Source: Eledone cirrhosa
Lineage: Eukaryota
Direction: 5' to 3'
NCBI GenBank assembly: GCA_964016885.1
Contig: OZ024743.1
Span: 83,266,001 to 83,330,000, forward strand
Length of the DNA: 64,000 nucleotides
Each line of letters opens with the position of its first letter. The stretch's first letter is position 1. A program made the position numbers and the translations under genes. A model generated the notes under the pieces. It searched no databases. It saw only the letters and a program-made list of their open reading frames with translations, and was not told the origin of the DNA. Of the stretch, positions 10,301 through 24,180 are shown one piece after another.

Positions 10301-13232
10301 ACCAGACACGACACCACTACCACACACTACACCACTACCACACACTACACCATTACCAGACACTAAACAATTACCAGACACTACACCACTACCAGGCACT
10401 ACACCATTACCAGACACTACACCACTACCAGACACTACAACACTACCAGACACTACACCACTATACCACTACCAGACACTACACCATTACCAGACACTAC
10501 ACCACTACACCATTACCAGACACTGCAACACGACCACGCACTACACCACTACACCACTACCAGACACTACGCCACTACCAGGCACTACACCAGTACCAGA
10601 CACTATATCCTTGAAGATGTCACACCAATTGTACTGTTGACACATTCAAACTCAGTCTGTGACACACTGACAGTACATATGAAGCAACTACAGACAGTAA
10701 TATGTGTCACATATCGGCCGCCTGATGCCCCCAGTCATGAGGGTAAATTTGAGGATAGCCTCAGTAGGACAGAAGAGGTCCTTGACAAACTGGACCAGGG
10801 TCTCAACATTCTACTGCTGGGAGACTTCAACCTGCCAAAGGTCAAATGGCCTGAGGGCCACCTCCTCCATGGAATGACGTCAATAGAACAGAGACAGACG
10901 GAATCCCTGCTGGCCCTCACACACAGGCTGTTCATAGAACAAGCAGTACTCCTCCCAACAAGAGGCGAACATGTCCTGGACATCTGTTTTACAAACAACG
11001 AAGTGCTCATCCACAATGTAAGGGTGACACCAATAATTTTCTCGGATCATAACTGAGTAGAACTAATGATATGTGGTACGAGAGAACCAACAGAGACACA
11101 ACCATCAAGAAGCACCCGGACGTTATCCGGCCTTCGCTTGTACAAGGCTAACTGGAAAAAGATCAAGAGATAAATCCGGAAGCAAATATGGAGTGAAAAT
11201 ACCGCCACACAAGACACCAACACACAATTTCAACACTTAATGACAACGGTACACACTATATGCTAGAAGTTTGTCCCGGAGAAAAAGGCAAACAGGCACA
11301 AAAATCTTATTCCCAGAGATAGGAAAATCCCCATGAGACGTAGAACCAAGCTCTCAAACCAGTTGAATGCACAACTAGAAAACAAGAACAAGAAGGAACC
11401 CTATTTGAAACGTGCACTACTTGACACCGAGATTGCACTCAAACTTCCCCATGAAAATGAGAGGGCAAAGAAAGAAAGCAGGGCCATAGAAAATATTAAA
11501 ACAAATCCTAAGGCCTTCTTTAAATTTTAATAAGACACTGCCTCGTTACACTGCAAGACGGTTCATTAACCGATAATCCCCAAGGGATATGTGAAATACT
11601 GAACGAACAGTACAGAGGTGTGTTCACATGTCCACTGAGGCGCATGCAAATAACAAAGCCAGAGGAGTTCTTTGATGCCACAACACTACATGAAGATATG
11701 GTGACCATCAACCACATAGAGATAACGGAGGAAGATGTGGTATACGTCATAGATGAAATTAGAACAGACTCAGCTGCTGGACCTGATGGATTCCCAGCAG
11801 TCCTCTTAAAAACGTGTAAGCGGCCCTTAGCAACTCCACTGAAGATGCTCTTCAGAAGCTTCGTGGCTAGCGGTATATTACTCAGGGAGCTGAAAGAAGG
11901 CACAATATGCCCTATCCATAAAGGAGGTAGCAAAGCGGAGGCCAACTATAGGCCAGTCTCCCTGACGTCGCATATCAGTAGGGTCATGGAGTGAGTTGTC
12001 AGAAAGAAACTGATCACTTTCCTCGAGGAAAATGACCGCCTGACTAGCACGCAGCTTGGATTTCACACAAGAAGAAGCTGCTTTACACAGCTGCTACATC
12101 ACTACGACTGAGTACTGAAACAACTGCTAGACAGCTCACATGTGGACGTGATATATCTTGACTTTGCGAAGGCCTTTGACAAGGTCGACCATGGAATGAT
12201 ATGTCACAAACTACACGGACTCAGCATAACTGGAAAAGTAGGTGAGTAGCTGCACGACTTCTTAAAGGACAGAAACCAGACAGTCGCAGCAAACGCTGGC
12301 CTTCTCAAAGGAAACATTAATAACAAGTGGAGTGCTCCAAGGGATAGTCCTGGGACCACTACTGTTTTTGGTGGCTCGCTCAGACATGCCCTCTGTAGTA
12401 CATACAACAACATCCCTCAATAGCTATGCTGATGACACTAAGGTAGCACAGGCAATCAAAAACCCACAAATGTGCGGAAGAAAACAACATGCAGTTTAAT
12501 GCTGGCAAATTCCAAGCCCTACAATACAAACCTCCAAACAAACCTGCAAACACAAATACACTACAACACAGTTACGCAGGACCAGGATGGACCGTTATCC
12601 CCGAGTCAAAATCTATACGAGACCTGGGTATAGACATGAGCGATGATGCATCTTTTTCCTCACACATCATGAAAGTGGCGACAATGTGCAGACGACTCGC
12701 TGGCAGGATCTTGAGGACTTTCCGAACAAGAGAGCGTGACACCATGTTGACACTATGGAGGACATTTGTCCTAAGCCGCCTGGACTATTGCTCCCAGTTG
12801 TGATCACCCCATAGTGTCAAACTAACCACGGAGCGTGAGGCAATCCAGCGAAGCTATACCAAGAGGATTGCCACGATGAAGGAGATAAGCTACTGGGAGA
12901 GGCTAAAAGAACTGAACCTCTACTGCTTGGAACGAAGACGTGAGAGATACGCAGTGATCTACATGTAGAAAATCCTGGAGGGACTAGCACCAAACTTTGG
13001 CATTGGGAGCTGGACCCACCGTCGAACAGGACGTCACTGTGTGGTGCCAAAGGTCCCGTCTTCCACATCTAGAATAAGGAGCAGATACTGTAATAGCCTG
13101 GGATTCAAGCTGCCGAGGGATCTGAGAGATCTGCATAGTGTGGAGGTGGATGTCTTCAAGAAACATCTCGACACCTTGCTATCCAGAATCCCGGATAAGC
13201 CCACAGCAAGGCATGAGGGAAACCTAGGGGCA
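10301..13232 (+). mobile_element. Degenerate CR1/L2-group LINE (APE endonuclease + RT) with a 5' CCACTA-rich minisatellite
   Basis: YRPP, LLLGDFNLP, LDICFTN, SDHN (APE); AAGPDG, NYRPVSLTS, YLDFAKAFDKVDH, YADDTK, RLDYCSQL (RT); many stops and frameshifts. Confidence 0.9.
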
Positions 13233-13234
13233 CA

Positions 13235-14800
13235 TTATATTATATTATATTAATTATATTATATTATATGATTTTAATTAGATTATATTATATTAATTAT
13301 ATTATATTATATTAATTATATTATATTGTATCAATTATATTATAATCTATTATATTATAATATATTATATTAATTATATTAATTATATTAATTAAATTAT
13401 ATTATCGGTGGATTAGCAATATCGGTAAAGAGTCAAACGTCATGCTTTGACACATAGAGTTACGGCCTTTTCTATTCTGAGTTCAAATCCCACCGAGGTC
13501 AACTTTGCCTTTCATCCTTACGGGGTCGATAAAATAAAGTACCAGTAATGTACTGGGTAATTGCTGGCCTTGTGCCTAAAGTAGAAACAATTATATTATA
13601 TTATATTATATTAATTATATTAAAAGGGCGGTGGATTGGCAGTATCGGTAGAGGGTCGGACGCCATGCTTTCCAGCATAGTTACGTCCCATTACGATCTG
13701 AGTTCAAATCTCGCCGAGGTTGACTTTGCCTTTCATCCTTACGGGGTCGATAAAATAAAGTACCAGTAATGCACTGGGTGATTGCTGGCCTTGTGCCTAA
13801 AGTAGAAACAATTATATTAATTATATTAATTATACTAATTATATTATATTATATTATATTAATTATAATAATTATATTATATTATATTAAATTATAGAAA
13901 CAATTATATTAAATTATATTAATTATATGAATTATATTATATTATATTATATTATATTATAATATATTATATATAATAATTCAATTAATTCAATTAATTA
14001 TATTAATTTATTTATATTATATTAATTATATTATATTATAGTAATTATATTAATTATATTATATTATATTAATTAAATTAATTATATAAATTATATTATA
14101 TTCTATTATATTATAATATTTTATATTATATTATATTATATTATATTATATTATATTATAATATATTATATTATATTATATTATATTATATTATAATATT
14201 TTATATTATATTATATTATATTATATTATATTATATTATATTATATTATATTATATAGTATTAATTATATTATATTAGATTAATTATATTATATTATATT
14301 AATTATATTATATTATATTATATTATATTATATTATATTATATTATATTAACGGGGTCGATAAAATAAAGTACCAGTAATGTACTGGATAATTGCTGGAC
14401 TTGTTCCTAAAATAGAAACAATTATATTAATTATATTAATTATATTATATTATATTATATTATATTATATTATATTATATTATATTAATTATATTATTTA
14501 TATTAATTATATTAATTATATTATATTATATTATAATAATTCTATTAATTCTAATAATTCTATTAATTCTATTAATTTATTTATATTATAGTAATAATAT
14601 TAATCATATTAATTATATTTTAATATATTATATTAAATTATATTAATTATATTATTTATATTTATTATATTATATTATAGTATATTATATTATATTAATT
14701 AAATTAATTATATTATTTATAGTCATTATATTATATTATATTATGTTAATTATATTAATTATATTATATATTATATTTTATTAATTATATTAATTATATT
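13235..14800. repeat. (ATATT)n low-complexity tract containing SINEs at 13406-13591, 13626-13812 and 14351-14422 (partial)
   Basis: Directly visible. Confidence 0.9.
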
Positions 14801-14818
14801 ATCTTCTATCTTCTATCT

Positions 14819-17112
14819 TCTATATATATAAAACCTAGGATGTGTGTGTGTCTGTATACAGCTTTGGATACCTAAGGCTTTTAGAATTACCAAACGAATT
14901 TGACCAAATTTTCTGTGCACGTTGCACAGGTCGCTAAGATTGTCACATCACAAACATTTTTCGAAGCGACCCATGTTGAGCAATAAAAAATAGATATCAA
15001 AATTATCGGTAGCAAAATTGATGTAAGGGAGATAACGAACTTTATTGACAATCCTTATAAAAAAGGGAGATAACCAACTTTATTTACAGAAATATAAACA
15101 TCAGATTCATTTGAAGATAAATCACTAATATTATCGTTTGTTTCTTGTTTATTCTTTGTTGCACTTTCAAAGTTACAAAAAACAATTGTTGTTTTAACTT
15201 GTTTCACTATATTAAGTGTTAATTTTCGCGTTAAGGGCCTAATCTCTCAGCAGTCTCGAATTGGCTTATACCACCATTACTGAATTGGTATTTCAAAGAA
15301 GAGGTGGCATATTTTTCCTCGATGCTCCAGGGTTGACAGGAAAAACTTTTGTTACTAAACTTCTTCTTGCAAAGGTTAGACAGAATAAGGACATAGCAAT
15401 AGCAGTTGCGTCCTCTGGAATCGCAGCAAATTTGCTCCCTGGTGGAAGGACGGCACATTCTGTTCTTAAATTGCCTCTTGATTTGGCAAAATGGAAATTC
15501 CTACTTGTCATATCACCAAAGTGTCCGAAAGGGCTCATCTGCTACGAAGGTGTCACCTTATTCTTTGGGATGAGTGCACAATGGCGCACAAAGGTGCTCT
15601 TGAGGCACTAGACAGGTCTTTGCAAGACATACGGGATTGCAGTGATGTTATGGGGGGTGTCACCCTTCTGCTATCAGGAGACTTCAGACAGACTCTTCCT
15701 ATAATACCGAAAGGAACAAGAGCAGATGCGGTAAATGCATGTCTTAAGTCTTCACCATTGTGGCGACAAGTGACATCATTAAGAATAACTACCAAAATGC
15801 GTGCAAGGTTACATGGGGACCCTCTGTCATCAACATTTTCTGGAGTCATTCTTACAATAGGAGATGGTAACATACCACCGGATACAGATGGACACATAGC
15901 AATTGATCACATCTGCAATGTAGTTGAAACTGTCGATGATCTCAAGGCGAGTGTATTCCCGAACTTGCATGATAACTATACGAATCTTGATTGGCTATGC
16001 GAAAGAGCCATTCTTGCACCCAAAAATATCACGGTTAGCTGTATTAACGATCGGCTTCTTCAGCTTCTTCCTGAATGTCCACGGATATATAAATCTATTC
16101 ATACTGTATGTGATCCACAGGATGCGGTCAATTATCCAGTTGAATTTCTAAATTCTTTAAATCCTCCTGGTTTACCGCCCAATACATTGGTTCTGATAGA
16201 GGGAACGCCAGTTATTTTGCTGAGAAATATCACTCCTCCAAAACTATGCAAGTAAAAGAAGAACATTATTTGTCCCCAACCTGTCAAAATAACAGAAGTC
16301 TTCAATAATTAATGCAAGCAAATATTTAGTACAATCTTTGAAAACATAAAACTATGCTGATAATGAAGGAAAACACTGAACAGGATGTAGTTATACAAAT
16401 GATTAAAGACAATACACGTTGCAAATCTCTAAAAAAAAAAGGCAGTTTTGCTAAAATACAAAAAGTTGTAATGAAAGCAGAGTTGTATACAAACAAAAAA
16501 AAAAAACAATGAGTGTAGAATAAGAGAAAATCTATTCTTTGAGAGCATCCTTTGCTGTGGATGGTTAAATTTTGAACTTATAATCATAAATATCCTGCAT
16601 GACATATTCATTGGTATGTTTTGTAATGAGTAAGATGAAGTCAAGGCAGAGCTGTAATAAGTTTTTTTTGTTAACACTAAAGCACTTCAGGATAGAGGAT
16701 ATTCTTTGGGGTTTTTTTATGGAACAAACGCAAAGAGATTATCTTTACTGTGGATAATTCGGAACAAACGCAAAGAGATTATCACGCCTTGTGGTTAAAA
16801 AACTGTCTCCACTTAGTATTGACGCTACCATTCTATCCGGATGTGGAAAAGGCGGGGATGTGATAATAACAAAAATTAGCCAGGCGTGGATACTCCCTTC
16901 TCCTTTCGCTGAACCCAATTTCCCCTTCGTGTTGCCTTTGCGATGTCCATAAACAAGTCGCAAGGTCAAACTCTGTCCGTCACTGGAATTCACTTGGATG
17001 AACCTTGCTTTTCGCACGGACAATTCTACGTTGCCTGCTCACGAGTTGGCAGTAGAGATAATCTCTTTGCGTTTATTCCGAAAAAAAGACCCAAAGAATA
17101 TCGTCTATCCTG
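14819..17112 (+). mobile_element. Deleted Helitron: 5' terminus plus PIF1-family helicase region, interrupted at ~16252-16750
   Basis: 5' TCTATATATATAAAA; motifs [66 protein letters not shown]; frameshifted. Confidence 0.9.
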
Positions 17113-17146
17113 TGTGTATATATATATATGTGGGTGTGTGTATATA

Positions 17147-17410
17147 TCATCATCACCGTTTTACGTCCGTTCTTCCATGCTAGCATGGGTTAGACGGGTT
17201 GTCCTGTTGTGGGCAGTGTCTGGTCGGCTGACCATGCCTTGCTCATACAGGAACTGATTTTGGCTTGATTTCTACAGCTGGATGCCCTTCCTAACACCAA
17301 CCTCATTTACAGTTAGTGCTGGGTGCTTTTTTCCGTGGCGCCTACACGTCAACTTTACAGTGTGGGCTGGGTGCTTTTTTGCCGTGGCACCCCCACAACC
17401 ACTTTGCAAT
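17147..17410 (-). mobile_element. RTE 3'-UTR-derived short element ending in (GAT)n
   Basis: GGTGTTAGGAAGGGCATCCAGCTGTAGAAA..AACCCATGCTAGCATGGAA..GATGATGAT; related copies at 28340-28537, 31885-32040, 32695-33240 and 39983-40344. Confidence 0.75.
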
Positions 17411-17427
17411 ATGTATATATATGTATA

Positions 17428-17487
<60 letters not shown>

Positions 17488-17493
<6 letters not shown>

Positions 17494-19696
17494 TACTGGG
17501 GGAGGGTCATATTTGTGTAATATTGCCAGAATTAATAACAGAACACACTCACTGTTTGGTTGGTTTTCGCTTTTCGCTTCTGTGTCTTTTATATCGGTAA
17601 TCTAATTTATTCGGTCCTCAATGTTGCCATTGACTGACCGACGGTCAAAATTAATACAGATACAATATAGACACAAACACATATATATAGTTTATCAAAG
17701 TTCTTTCGTTGCACATCTGCAACATCGTCAGTGGTGCTATTGTTTCCTCCCGTTACATTGTATGTCTACGCCATTTTTATTTAGTCTGTCTATATATTTA
17801 TTTATTTATTTGTTTGTTTATTTTATTTTGTCTTCTTTGCGAATGCGTTTGCGTGTGTGTATAGTGTTTTGTTTGATGTGTGTTCGTGATTGGGTGACTA
17901 GTGTGTGTTTATATGTGTTTGTTGTTATTGTGCTTGTGTATGTATTTATTTATTCATTTATCTATTTATTTATTTATTTATTTATACTTCTCTTAGGTCA
18001 GTGTTGTTTGTTTGGGTGTTGTTGTTATTCCATTCATTCTTTCTGTTTAGTCTTGGCCTTCTAAGTTCTATTTCACTGGCCTCTCTGATTTGCCTATCTG
18101 CTGGGTCATTTCTATGTTTAGATATTATTCTAATTTCTATGTTATCTATGTTACCGTCGTGTTGTTGTTTGGCATGTTCGTATAGTACTGACCCGTTTTT
18201 TCGTCCTTTTAGTCCCCCCCCCCCCAGTGTTGGTCTATCCTTTCACCTATGCTACGAGCTGTCTCGCCTATGTATGTTGTTGTCATGTTTCTACAAGTAC
18301 CCTCTGTACATCTTATGCTACAGACTACGTTTCTAGTTTTACAGTTTATCCGGGGGTTTACCTTACATATGATACATTTCCTATTAGTACAGTGGGTTTT
18401 CTTAAAAGGGTAGGTTTTGCTGATCAGGGATTTTATGGTGGTTCCTGGCTTTTCTACCACCTTAATCTTTCAGTGGGTCTTTCTCAGGGCCTTTCTACAC
18501 TGGTTCGCTAATTTCCCTCCAGGGGTAGCGTCCACAAACATAACACTCTGGTATCTCTGGTTGTCGTACCATGAGGTGGCTTTCCCTATCTTATGTCTAG
18601 CCCTATCTAAGCTATTCCATGATTTGCTCCTGTATAATGGGAAAATTCCTTTCATGTCCAGTTCTATGAGGGTCTTATACTTCTCCATGGCTCCTTCGTA
18701 TACTCTGACTCTGTCTCTTTGGTTGTAGCCAGAGAACTGCACGCGGTTGATGAAGTGTTGGATGTGTCTTTCCATTTCTGTTGGGTCGCACATGCTGGAC
18801 ACATTCTTCATCACTCGTACCAAATCTGCGATCAGAATATTAAACTTAGCACTACTGGACATTGCTGAGTTTTTGAGTATCAGGTATTTGGAGGCCATGG
18901 GTTTAGCATAGTGTGAGTGGAGAATTTGGGCTCTCTCGTCTATAGTGTTAATCCAGAGTTCCGTGTCTAATACAGGTAGTCTATTGTTAGGGTGTTTGGA
19001 AGGGAAGTCGATAGTTACAGTTATACTCTGGTGTATGGAATTAGCTATCTGCTGGATGCTTTCCATTGGGCTACGTTCTAAATCAAACTTGTTAGTGCTC
19101 TCTAGTGGGGATGTTCTTATAACTATATTGATATCGTCTACGTAACGAGAGTACATGATGAGGTCTATGGAGCTCTCATTAAGGAGATCTTTAAGTCTCC
19201 TTTCCCACCATACCATGAAAAGGTTGGCAACGTCACCAGCTATGCTGACGCCAATGGCTGCTCCCTCATTTTGGGTGTAGATCTTCTCGTTGAACTTGAA
19301 TATGTGGCCCTTTAGGGTAGTTTTGATACTAGCCCCTATTGCATGTGCGACCATTTTTCTTACCTGATCATTGTTTTGGGAGTCTTTTTTAATATTGAGG
19401 TTATGGTGGGGGGGTCTACCTCTTATGGGTCTACTAGGGCAGACGTCTAAGGTCATGGCTGTCTAGGTAGTCAGAGTCGAAGGTAAGTCTAAGTAGGAGG
19501 CCCAGTTCGTCTGTGTCAACGTCGCAGAACTCCACCTCACTCTCAATGATCATCTCCACACATTTTTCCACAGCAAAAATCAATGTTAATGGATGGGTAC
19601 AATGATACCACATCCATGCTGCCTATTATGCAGTTGGATAGGTTCCTGTTTTTGTTGCACTCACTGATTATGCTGAGGAGGTCCTCTGTACTGTCA
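17488..19696 (-). mobile_element. Penelope-like element (RT + GIY-YIG endonuclease + 3' pLTR), frameshifted
   Basis: [29 protein letters not shown], then CKTRNVVCSIRC..TYIGETARSIGERI. Confidence 0.9.
17687..17740 (-). ncRNA. Minimal hammerhead in PLE pLTR
   Basis: ATAGCACCA-CTGACGA-T-GTTGCA(GATG)TGCAAC-GAAAGAACT-T-TGATAAACTAT; stem I imperfect. Confidence 0.7.
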
Positions 19697-19708
19697 CATA
19701 CATCTATA

Positions 19709-19825
<117 letters not shown>

Positions 19826-20166
19826 ATATATATATATAGATGTATATGAAGTATATGAAGTGTTATGTATCTCACCTGGAAAAACACCTGGAACTTTTTT
19901 GGTATATTGCCAAGATGTAATTAGTAGGTTACCCAAAGCTCTTGATACCAGACCTCCTGAAACCAGTCATGGTTCTATGATACAAATCTGTTTCTTTTAA
20001 AATGTTTATATTCATCTAAATACTTTCCATCATAATTTTATGTAAGAACTTTTGTTTAGTTACGCTCCATTTACCAACTTAGTAATGAAAAAGTTAGTTA
20101 AATGACTAAATCCCTTCAAATATTTTATTATTGTTTTTATTATTTTTTTATTATTTTTTTATTAGA

Positions 20167-20353
20167 GGGTGGTGGATTGGCAGTATCGGTAGAGGGTTTG
20201 ACGCCATGCTTTCCAGCATAGTTACGTCCCTTTACGATCTGAGTTCAAATCCCGCCGAGGTTTACTTTGCCTTTCATCCTTACGGGGTCGATAAAATAAA
20301 GTACCAGTAATGCACTGGATAATTGCTGGCCTTGTGCCTAAAGTAGAAACAAT
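20167..20353 (+). mobile_element. tRNA-derived SINE, family 1
   Basis: Full-length match. Confidence 0.85.
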
Positions 20354-20620
20354 TATTGTTTTTATTATTTGAAAATTTTAAGCAGTGTCTTTTACTAAAA
20401 ATATGGTAACAAAAAGGTTAAAGTGTATATATTTATCTAAAGCCATTCCATTTTATGTAATCTTTATGTTCCAAACACCAGCTTAATAATGAGAAAGTTA
20501 GTTATATTATTAACTCATTCTGAAATCAAAATTATTTGAAAAATATAAGCAATATTCTTCATTAGAAATATAGTAACAAAAGGGTTAATGATATAAATAC
20601 ATTCTCTGTATTTATAAAAG

Positions 20621-20853
20621 GTTTTGAAGATGTCAAGAAGGCATGTTTGAAGAACAGGTTCATGGAAAATCATCTGACTGTGGATAAGTGTAAAGAAATA
20701 AACAGTATCCTGATGAAAAATCTTCACAAACCACCTCTTCCATTATTCAATGCTATTTTGAAAACAAGAATAAAAGTTCTGGTGGACTCTTTGCTTCAAA
20801 ACCTGTAGAAGTAACTAACAATACTTATAGGGTAACTTTTCAAGAGAAATCAG
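20621..20853 (+). pseudogene. Isolated frameshifted exon resembling a PARP14/PARP10-type RRM-like repeat
   Basis: AG acceptor and GTAAGT donor. Reads FEDVKKACLKNRFMENHLTVDKCKEINSILMKNLH / TTSSIIQCYFENKNKSSGGLFASKPVEVTNNTYRVTFQEKS. Length 233 nt is one base short of a symmetric phase-1 exon. Confidence 0.55.
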
Positions 20854-21205
20854 GTAAGTTGTTTTCCCCTCTCTTTTTATCTGGTTTCCCACACGGTACT
20901 GGGTGTTGTTGTTGTTAGGGCAATTGTTTGGCAGAATCATTCTAGTGTTGGACAAAAGGTCTTGTGGTAAGGGCCAGTGCTACCATTAAGGTTAACTAAG
21001 CAGCCACATGGGGTACAGACCCAAGGCCAGGTTCAGACTTTGGGGGTCCTGCAGCACTTCAGGTTTCGTGTCTTCCTTTTTCATACACTAAAATAGAATA
21101 CACAGCAAACCTTCAAATTTACATATCAAAATCCATTTAGTTCATGTAAATGGAATTGACAAGTTGTACATACAAATGTTAAATGAAAAAAAACTGACCA
21201 GTTAT

Positions 21206-22285
21206 ACATCATCATCATCAACGTTTAACGTCCATCTTCCACGCTAGCATGGGTTCAGATGGGAATTGTCTCACTTGAGGCAAGATTGGTCGTCTCGCTC
21301 GTATAGGACTGTCTGGCAGGTTTTCTATGGTTGGATGCCCTTCTTAACACCAACCACGTCTACAGCGTGGACTGTGTGTTTTTTTGTTTTTTTTTGTGAC
21401 ACCTACACGACCTCATTTATTTAGGACTGGATGTTGTGGTACCAACATAACATTACAGAGAAAGGGGTGGTGTTGATGGGGGTGGGGGAGTTGGGTTAGT
21501 GGGATGGGGGTGTATATTTGATTAAGAGGTGCCTACTGACTGTAGGTTTCGCTATGTACTTAGGCAAGGTGGGTCTTCTGTATTACTGCATAGCGCTAAA
21601 GATCTCGGTCCAGTGACATTGTCTTAGAGAATTGTGTGTAAGGTCAGAATTTATCAAATCGTCCCAGGTTTTTCTGGGTCTGCCTACTTTGTAACTTAAC
21701 TTCCATCAATTTTGATCGCCCTACACTTTTTTTTTATACAGCTGTCGTCTTTCATGCTCATCGTGACCATACCAACGTAGTCTTCTCTCGAGTAAACAAC
21801 ATCTGATCCCTCTTATTTCTAATTTCTCACTTAGTTCATTTATGCTTTGCTGTTCACGTATATTACTATTACACACCCAGTGGAGTATGCATGCTTCATT
21901 CCTCTACAGTCTGCGCAGATCCCCTGCACACAATGCCCATGTCTCACTGTCATGTAACATTGCTGTTCGTATGTCGCCATCATACAGTCTGCCTTTCATT
22001 TTTAGAGGGAAACCTTTAGTGGCCAACAGTGGTATAAGCTCTCTGAACTTTTCCATCCCGTTCTGACTCTGGCTACTATACTTTCAGAGCACCCTCCACC
22101 ACTGCTGATTTTGTCATCCAGGTAACGGAAGGTGTCCACTATTTCTATAAAGCTGTCTAGGCAATAGAAGGAGCTAGTATCCAGTGGGCTCATGCTACTT
22201 ATTGCACCTGAGCACCGGCCACATATAAAATCTACGTTCTTAGATAGCTTACCTGTGATCCCACTACATCTTTTATGCACCCCAA
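21206..22285 (-). mobile_element. 5'-truncated RTE LINE with (GAT)n tail
   Basis: VHKRCSGITGKL..ICGRCSG..FRYLDDKISSGGGCSESIVARVRTGW; same family as 24751-26070. Confidence 0.85.
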
Positions 22286-23491
22286 GTTCGAGCAGTGATT
22301 CGGTAATCTTGGTAAAGTTAAACCTCCATAAGTAGATATAATTCAAACTAAGGGTCTCGAGCTTATTCTAAAGTCTGTTTTCGAGCTTATTCTAAAGTCT
22401 GCTCAAAAGACTTGATTGTTTAACTAAACGTAAGAGTTTAAAGAAAAAAAAGTCTGTAATGGATAATTTCACTGCTATTTCTAGCAGGGTGAGAGACTAC
22501 GTAGATATGTAATTGATATTTTACTGAGTGATACTTTTTGATTTGTCATCGATTAAATACGATTGGACTGTGTCTGAATGTATTAAATTTTATCAGGGAC
22601 TTTTAACGAATGACACCGGTAAGGGAGTTAAATCATTTCTAACGACACCGAGTACCTGCTGTCTTCATTATAACTTTAATTAATCTAATTATATCTTGTG
22701 TAAAAATTATATATATATATACTCACATAATTTTCTTTCCCCGACACTGTTATATCTATTCTTACTTTACAATTGTGTCTACTAAGAGTTCCATTACAAT
22801 CTGTAGTAGTAAAACTACTATTTCACCAGAACATCTGCTAGCAGTCATTTATAGACAATATATATATATTAGACCACATATCAACCTAATATATATATAT
22901 ATATTTCCTATCAAATCTGTAGCTAAAGTCATAAAGTTAGCTTCATTCTGACAAGATATCAATTTATGACTGAAGATGAAGATACGCCAACGTTAATGTC
23001 GTGAAATAAAGCTGATAACATCTTTGAAACTTCTAATTTGATAACAGAGATTATTTCTTTGGTTGTTTAGTAAAAACTAACAACACAACACATTGATTAT
23101 ATCTGAAAGAGGTAAGTTGACAAAGATTTACTTAATGTCTATATTAATGTGTGTAAATAATACAACGATCCAGTAATTATATACAAGTGAAAATATATAT
23201 AACATTGGAAAAATATATTTCTTCCTCCACTTTTATATATAGAAAAAAAACTTCCAAACTGAAATGTTGATGTGATATTTTTCAATCACCAGATTCCACT
23301 GTTACATGTGATATAAAATATATTGTTATCATGACTGTCTTTATTATTTAAAATACCTCCGTCTATATTTCAACCACTGGAACAACCTCAAACAAGAAAC
23401 AGTTGCCGCACCCTCAGTCAACATTTTAAAGTAAAAAATCGAAATAAATATGAGTGTATATAGATAGATGTATGTTGTGTGTGTATATATA

Positions 23492-23830
23492 CAGTAATCC
23501 CCCGCTATATCGTGGTTCACTTTTCGCGGTCCCGTTACATCGCGGATATTTCTTTGGAACGTATCTAATTTCCTATCGCGGTAATCCTCGCTACATCGCG
23601 GATTTTTCGTTAGAACATATCTATTTTCTTATTGCGGTACGTCTGAATAAAAAGTGTTTAAATTTTAAACTTATTAAATAAGTTTCAATGTGATTAAAGT
23701 GTATATCGTAAGGAAGGGGCAACTTAAGGCTTTAACTATGAAAAATGTTTATATTTTTATTCTATTACTGTTTTACTGATTGTGTTTTGCTCTAATCTAC
23801 TACAAACCCTTCATAGATTGGTCTCTCTGT
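23492..23830 (+). mobile_element. pogo/Tigger-like MITE fragment
   Basis: TA-CAGTAATCCCCCGCTATATCG terminus with subterminal ATCGCGG repeats; right end not found. Confidence 0.55.
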
Positions 23831-23856
23831 AACATGGTTGTTTCTGGAACGTATCA

Positions 23857-24050
23857 TGGCTTAGTGATTAGAGCATTGGGCTTGCAATCTAAAGGTTGTG
23901 AGTTCGATTCTCGGACTGTGTGATGTGTTGTTTCCTTGAGCAAGACACTTTATTTCACACTGTTTACTCAGCTGTAAAAATGAGTTGTGTTGTTACTGGT
24001 GCCAAGCTGTATCAGCCATAGCCTTTCTCTTGGACAACGTCATATATAGT
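23857..24050 (+). mobile_element. tRNA-derived SINE, family 2
   Basis: TGGCTTAGTGATTAGAGCA (A box) .. GAGTTCGATTC (B box) .. CCTTGAGCAAGACACTTTATTTC. Confidence 0.8.
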
Positions 24051-24180
24051 GTATAATATATACTGTACACAGTATATATATATAGTATATATGTTGTGAT
24101 GTTACTGGTGCCAAGCTGTATCAGCCATTGCCTTTCTCTTGGACAACATCATATATAGTGTATAACAAATACTGTATGAA

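Noticed and set aside
10287-10640. 117-aa Pro/Thr-rich ORF
   Set aside because: Translation of a CCACTA minisatellite fused to a PLE terminal repeat (same MKLWL start as ORF 53760).
15261-17100. Host PIF1 helicase gene
   Set aside because: Intronless, frameshifted and preceded by a Helitron-type 5' end, so a transposon remnant.
22964-23044. CTGAAGA..GAAAC HHR-like motif
   Set aside because: Stems I and III are mismatched; counted only as a weak relic and not annotated.
23857-23930. Possible tRNA genes at SINE heads
   Set aside because: A/B boxes are present but there is no complete cloverleaf, and they continue into SINE bodies.
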